A stretch of DNA of 64,000 nt from an uncultured virus (IMG/VR IMGVR_UViG_3300044608_001664) (taxonomy: Duplodnaviria; Heunggongvirae; Uroviricota; Caudoviricetes; Schitoviridae): IMG/VR virus record IMGVR_UViG_3300044608_001664, one strand, 5' to 3'. Positions 9,679 to 18,700 of this stretch are shown here, piece after piece. Both the position numbers and the translations under genes were made by a program. How positions within the stretch are numbered: the first letter of the stretch is position 1; each line of letters begins with the position of its first letter. The notes beneath the pieces are model-generated. The model saw only the letters and a list, made by a program, of their open reading frames with translations. It searched no databases and had not been told where the DNA came from.

Positions 9679-10250
9679 GCGACCGTTTCGGAATGCCGTT
9701 GGTTGATGTTCGTACCAACAAGGAATTGATTGCGGAAATCACCGCCCTCAAGCAGCAACTTGAGGAAGAACGTTTGCGTCTAGCGGCTTGTGGTGTAGCT
9801 GCGCTCGGCTATTTCGACGGATGTAAAGATGAGTACCGTTCGGCCAGCCTTGAAGACACGCTGAAGCTGTATGCCGAGAACCAACAACTCAAGCAGCAAC
9901 TATCCAAGTACGAGGCGGCAGGGGTGAATCTGAATGCTCGGGTTGCTGAGATTGCTGTACTCAAGCAGCAACTTGAGGAAGTGCGTAACTGGTCAGCCAC
10001 TTTAGCCTGCGCAAATATCCCCGCAGTAATGGAATATTGTCAGCAGTTAGAGCAGCAGAACGCCGAATTGCGGAAGGATGCGGAGCGGTATCGCTGGCTT
10101 AAACAAGAACACTTCGTTATCAACCCCGTTGGACAAGTTGTATGGAAACGGAACTCAGAACGCAAGTCATCTGACTGGGTAAATCTAGTCGACGGGAATG
10201 ATCTTGATAACCACATCGACGCGGCAATCGCCAGCGCGGAGGGGAAGTAA
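9675..10250 (+). CDS. Ead/Ea22-like coiled-coil accessory protein
   Basis: GGAGG RBS, ATGA overlap; LKQQL repeats; LRKDAERYRWL and LDNHIDAAI modules. Confidence 0.7.
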   Translation: MSDRFGMPLVDVRTNKELIAEITALKQQLEEERLRLAACGVAALGYFDGCKDEYRSASLEDTLKLYAENQQLKQQLSKYEAAGVNLNARVAEIAVLKQQLEEVRNWSATLACANIPAVMEYCQQLEQQNAELRKDAERYRWLKQEHFVINPVGQVVWKRNSERKSSDWVNLVDGNDLDNHIDAAIASAEGK

Positions 10251-10445
10251 ATGAGTAAGGATCACGGCTATAAAAATGTAGCTGGACAGCAGGCATTCAC
10301 TTTTGACGAATCACTGGCTATGGCTCGCCAAGTATTCGATGCCTACGGGGCAACTGGAGCAAGCATCAGCGGAATGAGCGGAAACATGATATGCGATCTA
10401 GTAAACCTAGCAGCAATCCGAGCCGAGGAGTCACGAAATGAATGA
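10251..10445 (+). CDS. hypothetical protein
   Basis: Abuts neighbours in an operon. Confidence 0.55.
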   Translation: MSKDHGYKNVAGQQAFTFDESLAMARQVFDAYGATGASISGMSGNMICDLVNLAAIRAEESRNE

Positions 10446-10857
10446 CCTAGTAGCACAACTGCGCGAAGCTGCCAGTGAGTCCGAAACCCCATTCATGTCG
10501 CTTGAGGCAAAAGCCGCCGACGCTATCGAAGCATTGCAAGCGGAGGTTGAGAATGTTCGGAGAGCCAACCTAGATTGCATGGATCACTTCAATGCGGCAA
10601 TGCAAGACCTTGCAGCACGCGATCTGGTGATTAAGCAGATGCAGTCTGCAATCGAAGGAATGTTCGGCCCTACTAGCCAGTTGAGCGATGATCGTTTTGA
10701 CAAACTCAGCGCAGTCAATGGGCTACAACCATCCACCGAAGCCCTCGACGCTTATGTGGTTAAGGAAATAGATGAAAGGGTTAATTCTCTCCCACTTGAT
10801 CCCGCGATCAAGAACCGCATTACTACAATGATCCGGCATACACAGGAAGGAAAATGA
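10438..10857 (+). CDS. hypothetical protein, temperate-phage accessory type
   Basis: MNDLVAQLRE...KAADAIEALQAE module; GAGGAG RBS. Confidence 0.65.
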   Translation: MNDLVAQLREAASESETPFMSLEAKAADAIEALQAEVENVRRANLDCMDHFNAAMQDLAARDLVIKQMQSAIEGMFGPTSQLSDDRFDKLSAVNGLQPSTEALDAYVVKEIDERVNSLPLDPAIKNRITTMIRHTQEGK

Positions 10858-11096
10858 AACAAGAAACTCCCCCCATCGAACGAACTAAGATGTTCTGGGC
10901 CAGTAATGATGATTCTTGGCACACCACCGAAACTGTTTGTGCGGTTACCGAGTTATCCTTAAGCACGCTGATGAATTGGCGTGCTCAAGGCACTGGACCT
11001 GTGTTCTTCAAATCCGGTAAGCTCGTCTTCTACCGAAAGAAGGACATCCTCACTTGGTTGAATTCGTTCCAACCATCTCAGTCTCTAGCCGCGTGA
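10854..11096 (+). CDS. xis: excisionase / AlpA-like HTH protein
   Basis: SLSTLMNWRAQGTGPVFFKSGKLVFYRKKDILTWL (MerR-like Xis HTH); convergent with the integrase. Confidence 0.85.
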   Translation: MKQETPPIERTKMFWASNDDSWHTTETVCAVTELSLSTLMNWRAQGTGPVFFKSGKLVFYRKKDILTWLNSFQPSQSLAA

Positions 11097-12189
11097 TGAC
11101 TGCACGTAACGTAGGGATCTCGATCTGGATGTAATCATCAGTCACATCTTCCCGTGCTCGATGATTCATCAGTCGTTTGATCGTATACTTGGAAGGGGCT
11201 GGCTCAAGAGCATTCAAGTGTGACACGAAGGTTCGCCTCAAGTCATGCACCGTAATATCCTCACCAAGTTTGGCTAAGGATTTACGCACATCAACGATGT
11301 GTCCTACTTCCGATCTTCTGGATTGGAAAACATACTCTGAGCCGTCCAGGAGAGGTTTAATCCGCTCCCAAAGGTATGGTCCCATCGGGACAATATGCTC
11401 ATCAGAATTCTTGGTTTCGCCTTCCATTAAGACAACACATCGATCCTTGATCTGTGTTTGTTTGAGGGTAAGAACTTCGTTCTTACGCAAACCAAGAAAG
11501 AGGAGCATCAAGACCGCCCCCTTCATCCATCCATCCAACAACTCGGCTTGTTCAATCCAGGCAGCTACACCGAACTTCTTGATGAAGCCTTTACGCTTCT
11601 TCTCAGGGTTCCATAGATGCTTGCGAGAGAGTACATGCACTGGATTGGGGATGACATCTCCAAAGTTCAGTGCAGCTCGAACAAAGCGTAGTGCATTGTT
11701 GGCGCACACCGGACCACGATCCTTGGTGATCTTGCCATGCAAGGACACCACAAACTCCTCAGTGACCTGTTTGATAGGCTTGGTATGCCAAGACTCCAAG
11801 ACAGTATCCCGAAGCCATTCGTAGCCTTCAGAGGTCTTCTGCTTGATCTGCTTACCTTGTCCTGATGTACGGGTGATCAAGTAGATATCCAGAACGTCTT
11901 TCAGCGTCTTGGATAGCTTCCTGGTAGGAAGCTCTCCCTTGGACATTCCCAAGAGAATCTGGCGTGCATCCTCTCGTGCAGCATCAGGGAAAATCACGCC
12001 ATGTCTGCCTAGCTTACGACGAATCTTGCCGGTATCCGTTCGGCCTTCCACGAAGTAGGTCTTGACTCCCTTGGGAGTGACATAAAGACCAAAGCCAGGA
12101 AGCACTGTATCGTAGTGCAATTCCTGGCTTTTCTCGGGAGGTGGAAGGGGCAACCCTTCGACCGCTGCTTTGGTCAGTTTGAGCTTCAT
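11050..12189 (-). CDS. int: tyrosine integrase with N-terminal arm-binding domain
   Basis: N-term KLTKAAVE...YDTVLPGFGLYVTPKGVKTY; catalytic R (GLRKNE), K (TKN), HDLRR, H (MNH), Y (DDY) all present. Confidence 0.95.
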   Translation of the reverse strand: MKLKLTKAAVEGLPLPPPEKSQELHYDTVLPGFGLYVTPKGVKTYFVEGRTDTGKIRRKLGRHGVIFPDAAREDARQILLGMSKGELPTRKLSKTLKDVLDIYLITRTSGQGKQIKQKTSEGYEWLRDTVLESWHTKPIKQVTEEFVVSLHGKITKDRGPVCANNALRFVRAALNFGDVIPNPVHVLSRKHLWNPEKKRKGFIKKFGVAAWIEQAELLDGWMKGAVLMLLFLGLRKNEVLTLKQTQIKDRCVVLMEGETKNSDEHIVPMGPYLWERIKPLLDGSEYVFQSRRSEVGHIVDVRKSLAKLGEDITVHDLRRTFVSHLNALEPAPSKYTIKRLMNHRAREDVTDDYIQIEIPTLRAVITRLETEMVGTNSTK

Positions 12190-12199
12190 GATTTTCTCC

Positions 12200-12480
12200 T
12201 GGCTATAAATTGGCTATATGTTGCTTAACCAGACCTGGAGAGAGTCATGTAAGTCATTGAATAATTGGTCGGGGCGGTGGGATTCGAACTCACGACCCTC
12301 TGCTCCCAAATCTGATAGGCGTGCGTACACTACGTTACCGCACGCTACTTGGCAAGGAATTGGTATCCTGATGAGTACCTCAGAATACCTTTCGTTACCG
12401 CAGAGTTGGCTATAAATTGGCTATATTTTCTATGCCCTGAGCATTTATAGCCAAAGCCAGAATAACTCACTGACTATAAA
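12200..12480. repeat. integrase arm-type sites: TGGCTATAAA-like repeats flanking the attP core
   Basis: TGGCTATAAATTGGCTATAT at 12200-12219 and 12407-12426; inverted copy TTTATAGCCA at 12444-12453; TGACTATAAA at 12471-12480. Confidence 0.8.
12266..12310 (-). other. attP: attP core: 3' half of a tRNA-Pro(TGG), anticodon loop to CCA
   Basis: Minus strand reads TTTGGGAGCAGAGGGTCGTGAGTTCGAATCCCACCGCCCCGACCA; no 5' half present; adjacent to int. Confidence 0.88.
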
Positions 12481-12515
12481 AGGAAAAAGGGAACGGTTGC
12501 CCAGACCGTTCCCTT
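12478..12515 (-). terminator. intrinsic terminator on minus strand, before attP
   Basis: AAGGGAACGGT-7nt-ACCGTTCCCTT followed by T-rich run on minus strand. Confidence 0.8.
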
Positions 12516-12593
12516 CCCCAATATCCTTTCCTAAACAAGCCAAGAGGAGTGGCAAGGATTGCTTAGGAAAGGGTACTACACCACAACACCACG
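12480..12593 (-). ncRNA. candidate small RNA (about 115 nt)
   Basis: Own promoter-like sequence, 14-bp stem with G-U only on minus strand, terminator, no ATG-started ORF. Confidence 0.5.
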
Positions 12594-12599
12594 GAACAA

Positions 12600-12628
12600 A
12601 GTGTACACCCTCTGAATTGGGTATACAA
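12600..12628 (-). promoter_or_regulatory. sigma70-type promoter
   Basis: TTGTAT-N17-TACACT on minus strand. Confidence 0.6.
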
Positions 12629-12637
12629 GTCCTCAGA

Positions 12638-13078
12638 TCACTTCAGTAGAGATACTTCTACCTGCCTACGCAGAACCAATCCAGGGAGCTTCTTACCCCC
12701 TCCCCAGACCCATTTCTGGAGTTCATCTGCAGCCTCTTCCCAGTCACCAGCATTCACCTTACGTCGTAAGGTAGAAATCTTGTATCGACTGATTCCTAGG
12801 TTGTAACAGAAGTCTCCAATTGCAGCCTGCTTGCTCTCATCCATGTACAAAATAGGAGAGAGATTACAGGCTGCTTGGAGAAACACAGCAGCATCCTGCT
12901 GTGCCATGGATTCTGCTACTGGCTTACTGATCTGATCCCCTGGTTTGATCTTACGACCATCAGGATAAGCAGTAGATCCGTATCCGATTGTCCAAACACC
13001 AGCAGGGCACAGGTATGCCTTTAAACGTAGTCCTTCGAAACGCCTGATCAGACGCATCAGGATCTCAGAGAACATCAA
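12638..13078 (-). CDS. endolysin, GH24 lysozyme
   Basis: FEGLRLKAYLCPAGVWTIGYG, FCYNLG, LPGLVLRR. Confidence 0.92.
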   Translation of the reverse strand: MMFSEILMRLIRRFEGLRLKAYLCPAGVWTIGYGSTAYPDGRKIKPGDQISKPVAESMAQQDAAVFLQAACNLSPILYMDESKQAAIGDFCYNLGISRYKISTLRRKVNAGDWEEAADELQKWVWGGGKKLPGLVLRRQVEVSLLK

Positions 13079-13094
13079 CCATCTCCGTTGGGGA

Positions 13095-13577
13095 TCACTT
13101 TCCGAATCCTTTTTTCAGGCTTCGATCCACAAACCAGAAAGTAATGATGGATGCAGCAATTGCCTTTTCATCTGGTCCCCAGAGTTTGAGAATCGCAGTA
13201 GTAGTAGAAGCGCCCCCATCAAGCAAGACTACAAACTGAGAAACCAAGGCTGCTGTGTAGAGGACGATGACCCACCAAAAGGTGATCAATGGACGCATGA
13301 GGCTATTGATCGCATCAACGAACTTGATCCCTGTCTGTACTGCTTGAGCTTTGGTAGCCTCAATGAGTGCAGAAATCTCTGCCAAACCAATCTCAGCAGT
13401 GGATTTTGCGTTGATCTGATCAATAGCCGATTTGCTTCGTAGCTCGTCAGCCTGGAGTTGTTTATCGAACATCCGAGCTTCGTGGTCACGCTCGTTCTTT
13501 CGGTCAACCCATTTCAGGATTTCGGGGGCTAGACGAAATAGCCCCCCAAATAACGTTCCAACTAGTGTTTCAATCAT
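13095..13577 (-). CDS. holin-like membrane protein (3TM/GTA type)
   Basis: Hydrophobic segments; NSLMRPLITF and IITFWFVDRS; in lysis cassette. Confidence 0.65.
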   Translation of the reverse strand: MIETLVGTLFGGLFRLAPEILKWVDRKNERDHEARMFDKQLQADELRSKSAIDQINAKSTAEIGLAEISALIEATKAQAVQTGIKFVDAINSLMRPLITFWWVIVLYTAALVSQFVVLLDGGASTTTAILKLWGPDEKAIAASIITFWFVDRSLKKGFGK

Positions 13578-13591
13578 AAAAGCCTCTCGGT

Positions 13592-13714
13592 TTAATAATC
13601 AGTTCGCCTGCGTTTATGAATGCTGGCTTGATGGTGTCTGGTATGCACGGTGTCCCGTGCACCCCATATAGCAATCCCAACGCATAGAGCGATGATCAGC
13701 AGGTCTGCAAACAT
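13592..13714 (-). CDS. 40-aa single-TM peptide in lysis cassette (not in ORF track)
   Basis: Manual translation MFADLLIIALCVGIAIWGARDTVHTRHHQASIHKRRRTDY; fills the gap between the two holin-like genes. Confidence 0.5.
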   Translation of the reverse strand: MFADLLIIALCVGIAIWGARDTVHTRHHQASIHKRRRTDY

Positions 13715-13716
13715 GA

Positions 13717-14025
13717 TTATCCCTTTCCTTCCATGGCTCGCTGGAAGATCCGTTCTAACCCAGATGTACCCAGACTAGCCAATCCTGCAGCAACGCCGAT
13801 TTGTCCAACCATGGATAAATTAGGTTCCCAGATGAGCGCAATACCTGCAGCCATCGCTAGACCACCAGTGCTCAAAGCACGCCCTAGCAAAAGACGGAAA
13901 GTAATCCGCTCGTTACTAACCATGAGTTGACCAAGACCAATCGCAATGCCAACGATTGAAAAAATGAGCGACCCTGCTAGTTGATCCTGCCAGTGTCGCG
14001 CAATATCACTGAGTTTATCGATCAT
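13717..14025 (-). CDS. putative holin
   Basis: Three hydrophobic segments; AAAGGA RBS; heads lysis cassette. Confidence 0.7.
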   Translation of the reverse strand: MIDKLSDIARHWQDQLAGSLIFSIVGIAIGLGQLMVSNERITFRLLLGRALSTGGLAMAAGIALIWEPNLSMVGQIGVAAGLASLGTSGLERIFQRAMEGKG

Positions 14026-14146
14026 GTAATGGTTCCTTTTCACTGGGCATTTTGTTGATGTGATTCAAGTTACCAATCAGCTCAGTGGTAGGTTCTCGAT
14101 GATTGAGAAACCAAACATGAAGTGCTCGGAATACTCCTCCCATTGC

Positions 14147-14785
14147 TTATGCAATTCGTTTGAATGTTGCGGTATTGGAAACTACCGTACTACCTACAGT
14201 AGTAGGCCATGCAGGTGCATCACCTGCAGAGGTGCCAGCAACCGATACGATGTACTCTTCTGTCGAACCTGCTGTGGGTTTAACGACATCCCCAAGGGCA
14301 TATACCGTATTGATAGCAAAAGTGCTTGGGGTATAGAACTTGGGAATCGTGGTAAAGGTGATTCCACCATCCACCGTATTACCTGCTAAGGTCTGGTTCC
14401 AGACAGGCTCATTGGTTGCAGCAGCAGTCTTACCTTCATTGGTGCCTGGGGTAATCACAGTCACCACGTAGATTTTCCCATTGGCTCCAGCTACTGAAGC
14501 ATCTAGGGCAGCTACGCGATCCCCTAGAGCAAGAGGAGCATTAGGGGTACGTGCCCCATAGTTATAGATATCTGCGGAAGTACCTGAGACAGCCCAAGCA
14601 CCATTATTCACACTCCCGTTATGAGATAACGTAGCCTTGGCAAGAAGCTCACCAAGATTCAAAGGAGTATTGGTATCGGCAAGAATGGTGGCATCTGCCA
14701 CCCCTGCTTTACCTGGGAAATCACAGGTGAATGTCTGGGTAACAGTCCGAGTAAACGTAACTCTACGTGTGCCTTTGGTTGCCAT
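14147..14785 (-). CDS. putative virion protein with CBM5/12-like repeats
   Basis: Thr/Ala-rich; two repeats LALGDRV..IYVV..GKT..EPVW and YALGDVV..YIV..GTS..PAW. Confidence 0.6.
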   Translation of the reverse strand: MATKGTRRVTFTRTVTQTFTCDFPGKAGVADATILADTNTPLNLGELLAKATLSHNGSVNNGAWAVSGTSADIYNYGARTPNAPLALGDRVAALDASVAGANGKIYVVTVITPGTNEGKTAAATNEPVWNQTLAGNTVDGGITFTTIPKFYTPSTFAINTVYALGDVVKPTAGSTEEYIVSVAGTSAGDAPAWPTTVGSTVVSNTATFKRIA

Positions 14786-14850
14786 TATTTAATCAATCAG
14801 CGAAATAGTTGAGCCAGCCTGAATTATATAGAGGTTGAGCCATACAAATA

Positions 14851-14878
14851 AAAATAGCCCAGAAATCTGGGCTATTTT
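14851..14878 (-). terminator. intrinsic terminator, possibly bidirectional
   Basis: AAAATAGCCCAGA-AA-TCTGGGCTATTTT. Confidence 0.8.
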
Positions 14879-14893
14879 AAATCTGAGTCTGGA

Positions 14894-15181
14894 TTAATGT
14901 AACAAGTGGTGCACCAGGATAAACCCGACAGAACCTAATACAGGGAACATAAAGTCCATGGAACCATCCAGACTCTTGTAGACAAACTGGAATCCTTTAA
15001 ATGGATTCAGCCCACCTACATGCCCTCCATGAACAAGTTTCTTTTCATACTGGGCGTGCTCCCTTCCCAGGAAAAAGAAAGGACCACATAAAGCTGCTGC
15101 CCATTCATTCCCTGAAATTAGGAAAATAACCAGAGTAATCAACAGAGAGAACCCAAGATGTTCGAAATTGGTGCGATTCAT
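14894..15181 (-). CDS. small membrane protein
   Basis: Hydrophobic; FFLGREHAQYE motif. Confidence 0.65.
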   Translation of the reverse strand: MNRTNFEHLGFSLLITLVIFLISGNEWAAALCGPFFFLGREHAQYEKKLVHGGHVGGLNPFKGFQFVYKSLDGSMDFMFPVLGSVGFILVHHLLH

Positions 15182-15201
15182 ACATTCCTTTCAAGAAAAA
15201 G

Positions 15202-15765
15202 TTACCACTGAACTGCTTCGATTTCTTCCAGAGAAACTGCAGTATCAATCTGAGATTTCAATGTTCTGGCTTTGACATGCAAAGCATTACCAGCTTGAGC
15301 CATAAATGCAGGGAGTGCCTGCATCATTGTGTAATCCAAAGTGATCGTACTGTTGTCCTGGCAAGTCCATTCAATACTGAAAGATTCACCAATTGCTTGG
15401 GCTGCTTGAACAGCTAAAGAAATTCGTTGAATAGACGCTGCATCTGAATCAATAGTTTTCCCAAATGCAGTGAACCCAGCAGATTCCTCTACATCCCTGG
15501 CTTTTGTAATTCTGGCTTTTGCTATCAGTTTTGCTGCTGATAATTCAGCTTCCCCTAGTTGCCACGTAAAAAAAACCTCATCCCACTGATGGTAAGGGCT
15601 GGGTGCGTCAGGTTTAGAGAAGAATATCCCATCAAAATAATGAGTAGCACCATCTGGGATACCATCAACTAAAATGTATTGATTGTCTATTTCCACTAAA
15701 TCAACGGTGGTTGCTACCTTTTCAGTAATACTTCCGTACTGATTAACTTTAATATACAAATTCAT
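15202..15765 (-). CDS. tail fibre-associated protein (DUF4376-like)
   Basis: PSPYHQWD, IDSDAASIQRI, WTCQDNS, LEEIEAVQW; directly downstream of fibre. Confidence 0.75.
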   Translation of the reverse strand: MNLYIKVNQYGSITEKVATTVDLVEIDNQYILVDGIPDGATHYFDGIFFSKPDAPSPYHQWDEVFFTWQLGEAELSAAKLIAKARITKARDVEESAGFTAFGKTIDSDAASIQRISLAVQAAQAIGESFSIEWTCQDNSTITLDYTMMQALPAFMAQAGNALHVKARTLKSQIDTAVSLEEIEAVQW

Positions 15766-18700
15766 TTCATGACCCCCTGTGCAAAAAGAAAGCCCCCATA
15801 ATCCGCAATATGAAAACCGCGTAAACGTCCTTTAATCTCATGCGTACCTACAGAAAGTTGAACAGCGTAGTCAATCTGAATCATTCCCGAAGCACCTCCA
15901 CCGTAAAACGTACTACTAAGCTGTTCAAAGACAGGTCGCGTCCTAACGACGCTGCCGTTGATGTATATATCAATATAAGTAGCGCCCGCCCCCTCCGAGT
16001 TGTCAGCGCGATAATTAAATTGCACCGTGATTACTACTATCGCAGGGGCTACTAGCGTAAGGTAGCTAGTTGGAGAATAGTAACTGCTGACATAGCTTCC
16101 GGAATTCGACCATGAGTTAATCGTGGTCGCATTAACTGCTGCATCGGCAATCTTGTTGGTGCCCACTGTCAAGTTATCAATATGCGCCGATGTGACTGAC
16201 AGGTTCCCAATGTGTGCACTTCCGATAGCCGCCGTTTCTATCTGAGCAGACCCAATAGCAGCTAATCCAATCTTGGCTCTAGTAATCGCAGCATCTGCGA
16301 TATGCGCCGATCCAATCGCCGCCGACGCAATGTAAGTCGAGGCGTTGGCAGGTGTAATCTGGTTAATCGACGACATCGCACCGCTGGCCGGACCTGGCGT
16401 GTAAGGTGACGGGCCACTGGCATTGGCATTGACTACCTCGAACTGAGGTCCAGCAAACCACAGCCAAGAATCCGTATTGCCGTAGATGGTGTTGTTCTTA
16501 CGGATAAACAGGCAGGCGTAGGCGGCATTCGATGGCATCGTTGCCATGATAGAAAGGCGAACAAAACCATTAAACGAGTCAGTATTCATATTCCGCAGTA
16601 CGCTGGTTTGTGCGCCTAATTCCGTACCGGAAATGATCGAATTATTAACATCGAACCACTGAAGTCCAATATCTCCGTAGCAACGGTGTGCCGACATATA
16701 AACTGAGAAACAGTATTTTTGTCCTGGAACTACAGCAATGGAGTGATTAGCATCAAATCCACCTAACGGATAAACGTCGCACGCAGCTGCAGTGTCATTG
16801 GCACTACTGACCCCATAGATACCAGCCTGATGGATACAAACGCTATTGGTAACACCTTTCAGGTAATACTGTGGCGACCCTGAAAATTGTTCGTAAGCGA
16901 GCTTCAATGTATCAATGTTAGTGCTGTTAGGATTCCACCCAAGCGTCGTAGTCAGCGTGCGCTGGTCGGAGTTGGGGATCAGGTTTTGCCCAATGACTGT
17001 GCGCGAGTTATCGACCTGTGTGCCAGCCCCCGAAGCCACGCCCTGAATGGCTCCGTTGCCATCAACACTTGTCGTATTGGCGTCAAGGGTGCCGGTATAG
17101 CCCAGCGTGCGCGTCGAAGTCGGCGAACCAGGATGCCATGGCGTTGGATCAATCTGGTAGGTATTGGCATAGCCCAGGTAAGGCATAGCCACGTAGAGGT
17201 GCGTATCTGCTGCTGTCGAAGTACGCTGGGTGCGTACCTCAATGTAGCACTTGACTGCGCCAGCAGGTGCCGTCGCAAAACCCCATAGCTTGACGAAATC
17301 CGCAGCTGTCTTGCCCCAAGATGTATCTCCAACTACCAGCCCAACGCCGCCAGTGACTTGATTAAAACCACCGACATTATTGCCGTTGATGTCTTGAAAG
17401 TTGATTTCCAGTCGAGCGTTGCCCAGGAAGATTTCGACCATCGCCTGCGCTTCGATGCGCTGACCAGCGACCACAGGAATGGATTGCAGGCCAGCCGTGT
17501 GCACCGAACTAGCGGCATTGGAATCGAGCGGACCACTGTACCCGAACTTTATGGCGTAATACGGAGTTGGCGCCCCATTGCTACCGGGCGCCACAATAGC
17601 GAAGGTATCTAGCGTTTTGTCAACGTGTACATAATTATTCCAGCCAGTCAAATCACTGGTAATCAGCGAATTGGACAGTTGATTGCCACCTGTACTAATG
17701 GTCTTGCTATCCGCGCTACTATCTGCAAAGTTAAAAGTCAGGCCATCGAAAATAACCGTGCCGTTGAAGGTCGAACCCGACCCTCCATAACAACCCATAA
17801 CGTAAATCTGGATGCCATAAATCCGTTCGCCGGGATTGACCCGCGCCGAGAACGGAATGCGTTGCCAAGAACCTGTAGTGGCATCAGGTTTAACCATCGT
17901 ATCCACGTAAGTTGTGCAGGCTGAGTTATTGAACAACCGAACCAGCACCAAAGGCAATCCTGATGTTCGGCTGACCAAATACATATCGACCGTGCCGGTG
18001 ACAACGGTGCCAACAGCCATTGGTGCATTCGCCCAAGTTACCACCCTTGCAAATCCACCATCAATTCCTGCCGTTGTGATTCGTGCCGCATTGCTGCCGA
18101 AACGCACAGTCGAGGTTTCTTTGCTAATACCGGATGTTGCGCCCCACGCCCCCCAGTTATCCGGAAGTGCGCCTGTCCATAACTCAAATGAAGGATTGAA
18201 GCCGAGCGTTGAAGCTGCGTCATTCGACATAATTTTGTCGAGCGGAATGCTAGTCAGGTTGTTGTTCCAGTTGGCCCCATAGGTAGCATTCAGGTCGCCC
18301 GTGTAGCCCAGGCCGCCAATCGTTACCTGTCCTCCCCCGGCTCCGTAAATCTGCCCGTTACTGCCTATCGTGATCTGGTTGTTACTGATCGTAGTGCCAC
18401 TACCTGCCCCAACCCCATAAAGCTGGCCGGAGGCATTGATCCCGATCTGGTTATTGCTAACCGTAGTGCCAGCCCCCGAAGATACTCCCTGGATATTTCC
18501 ACTGCCATCCACGTAAGTTGTATTGGCATCCAGCGCACCCGTATAACCCAGTCCTCCGATAGTCACTTGACCACCACCAGCGCCAGAGAGCGCGCCGTTT
18601 GCCGCCAGCGTAATACTGTCATTTGCAACATCAAGGCTGTTCGCCACCCACGCCGATTTTGTGCTACCGACCTCCAGCTTTATATCGCAGATGCCGATGT

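Noticed and set aside
12266..12310. Functional tRNA-Pro gene
   Set aside because: Only the 3' half is present, with no D arm or 5' acceptor strand; better explained as the attP core
12218..12415. 65-aa ORF across attP
   Set aside because: WSGRWDSNSRP is the usual translation of an antisense tRNA sequence
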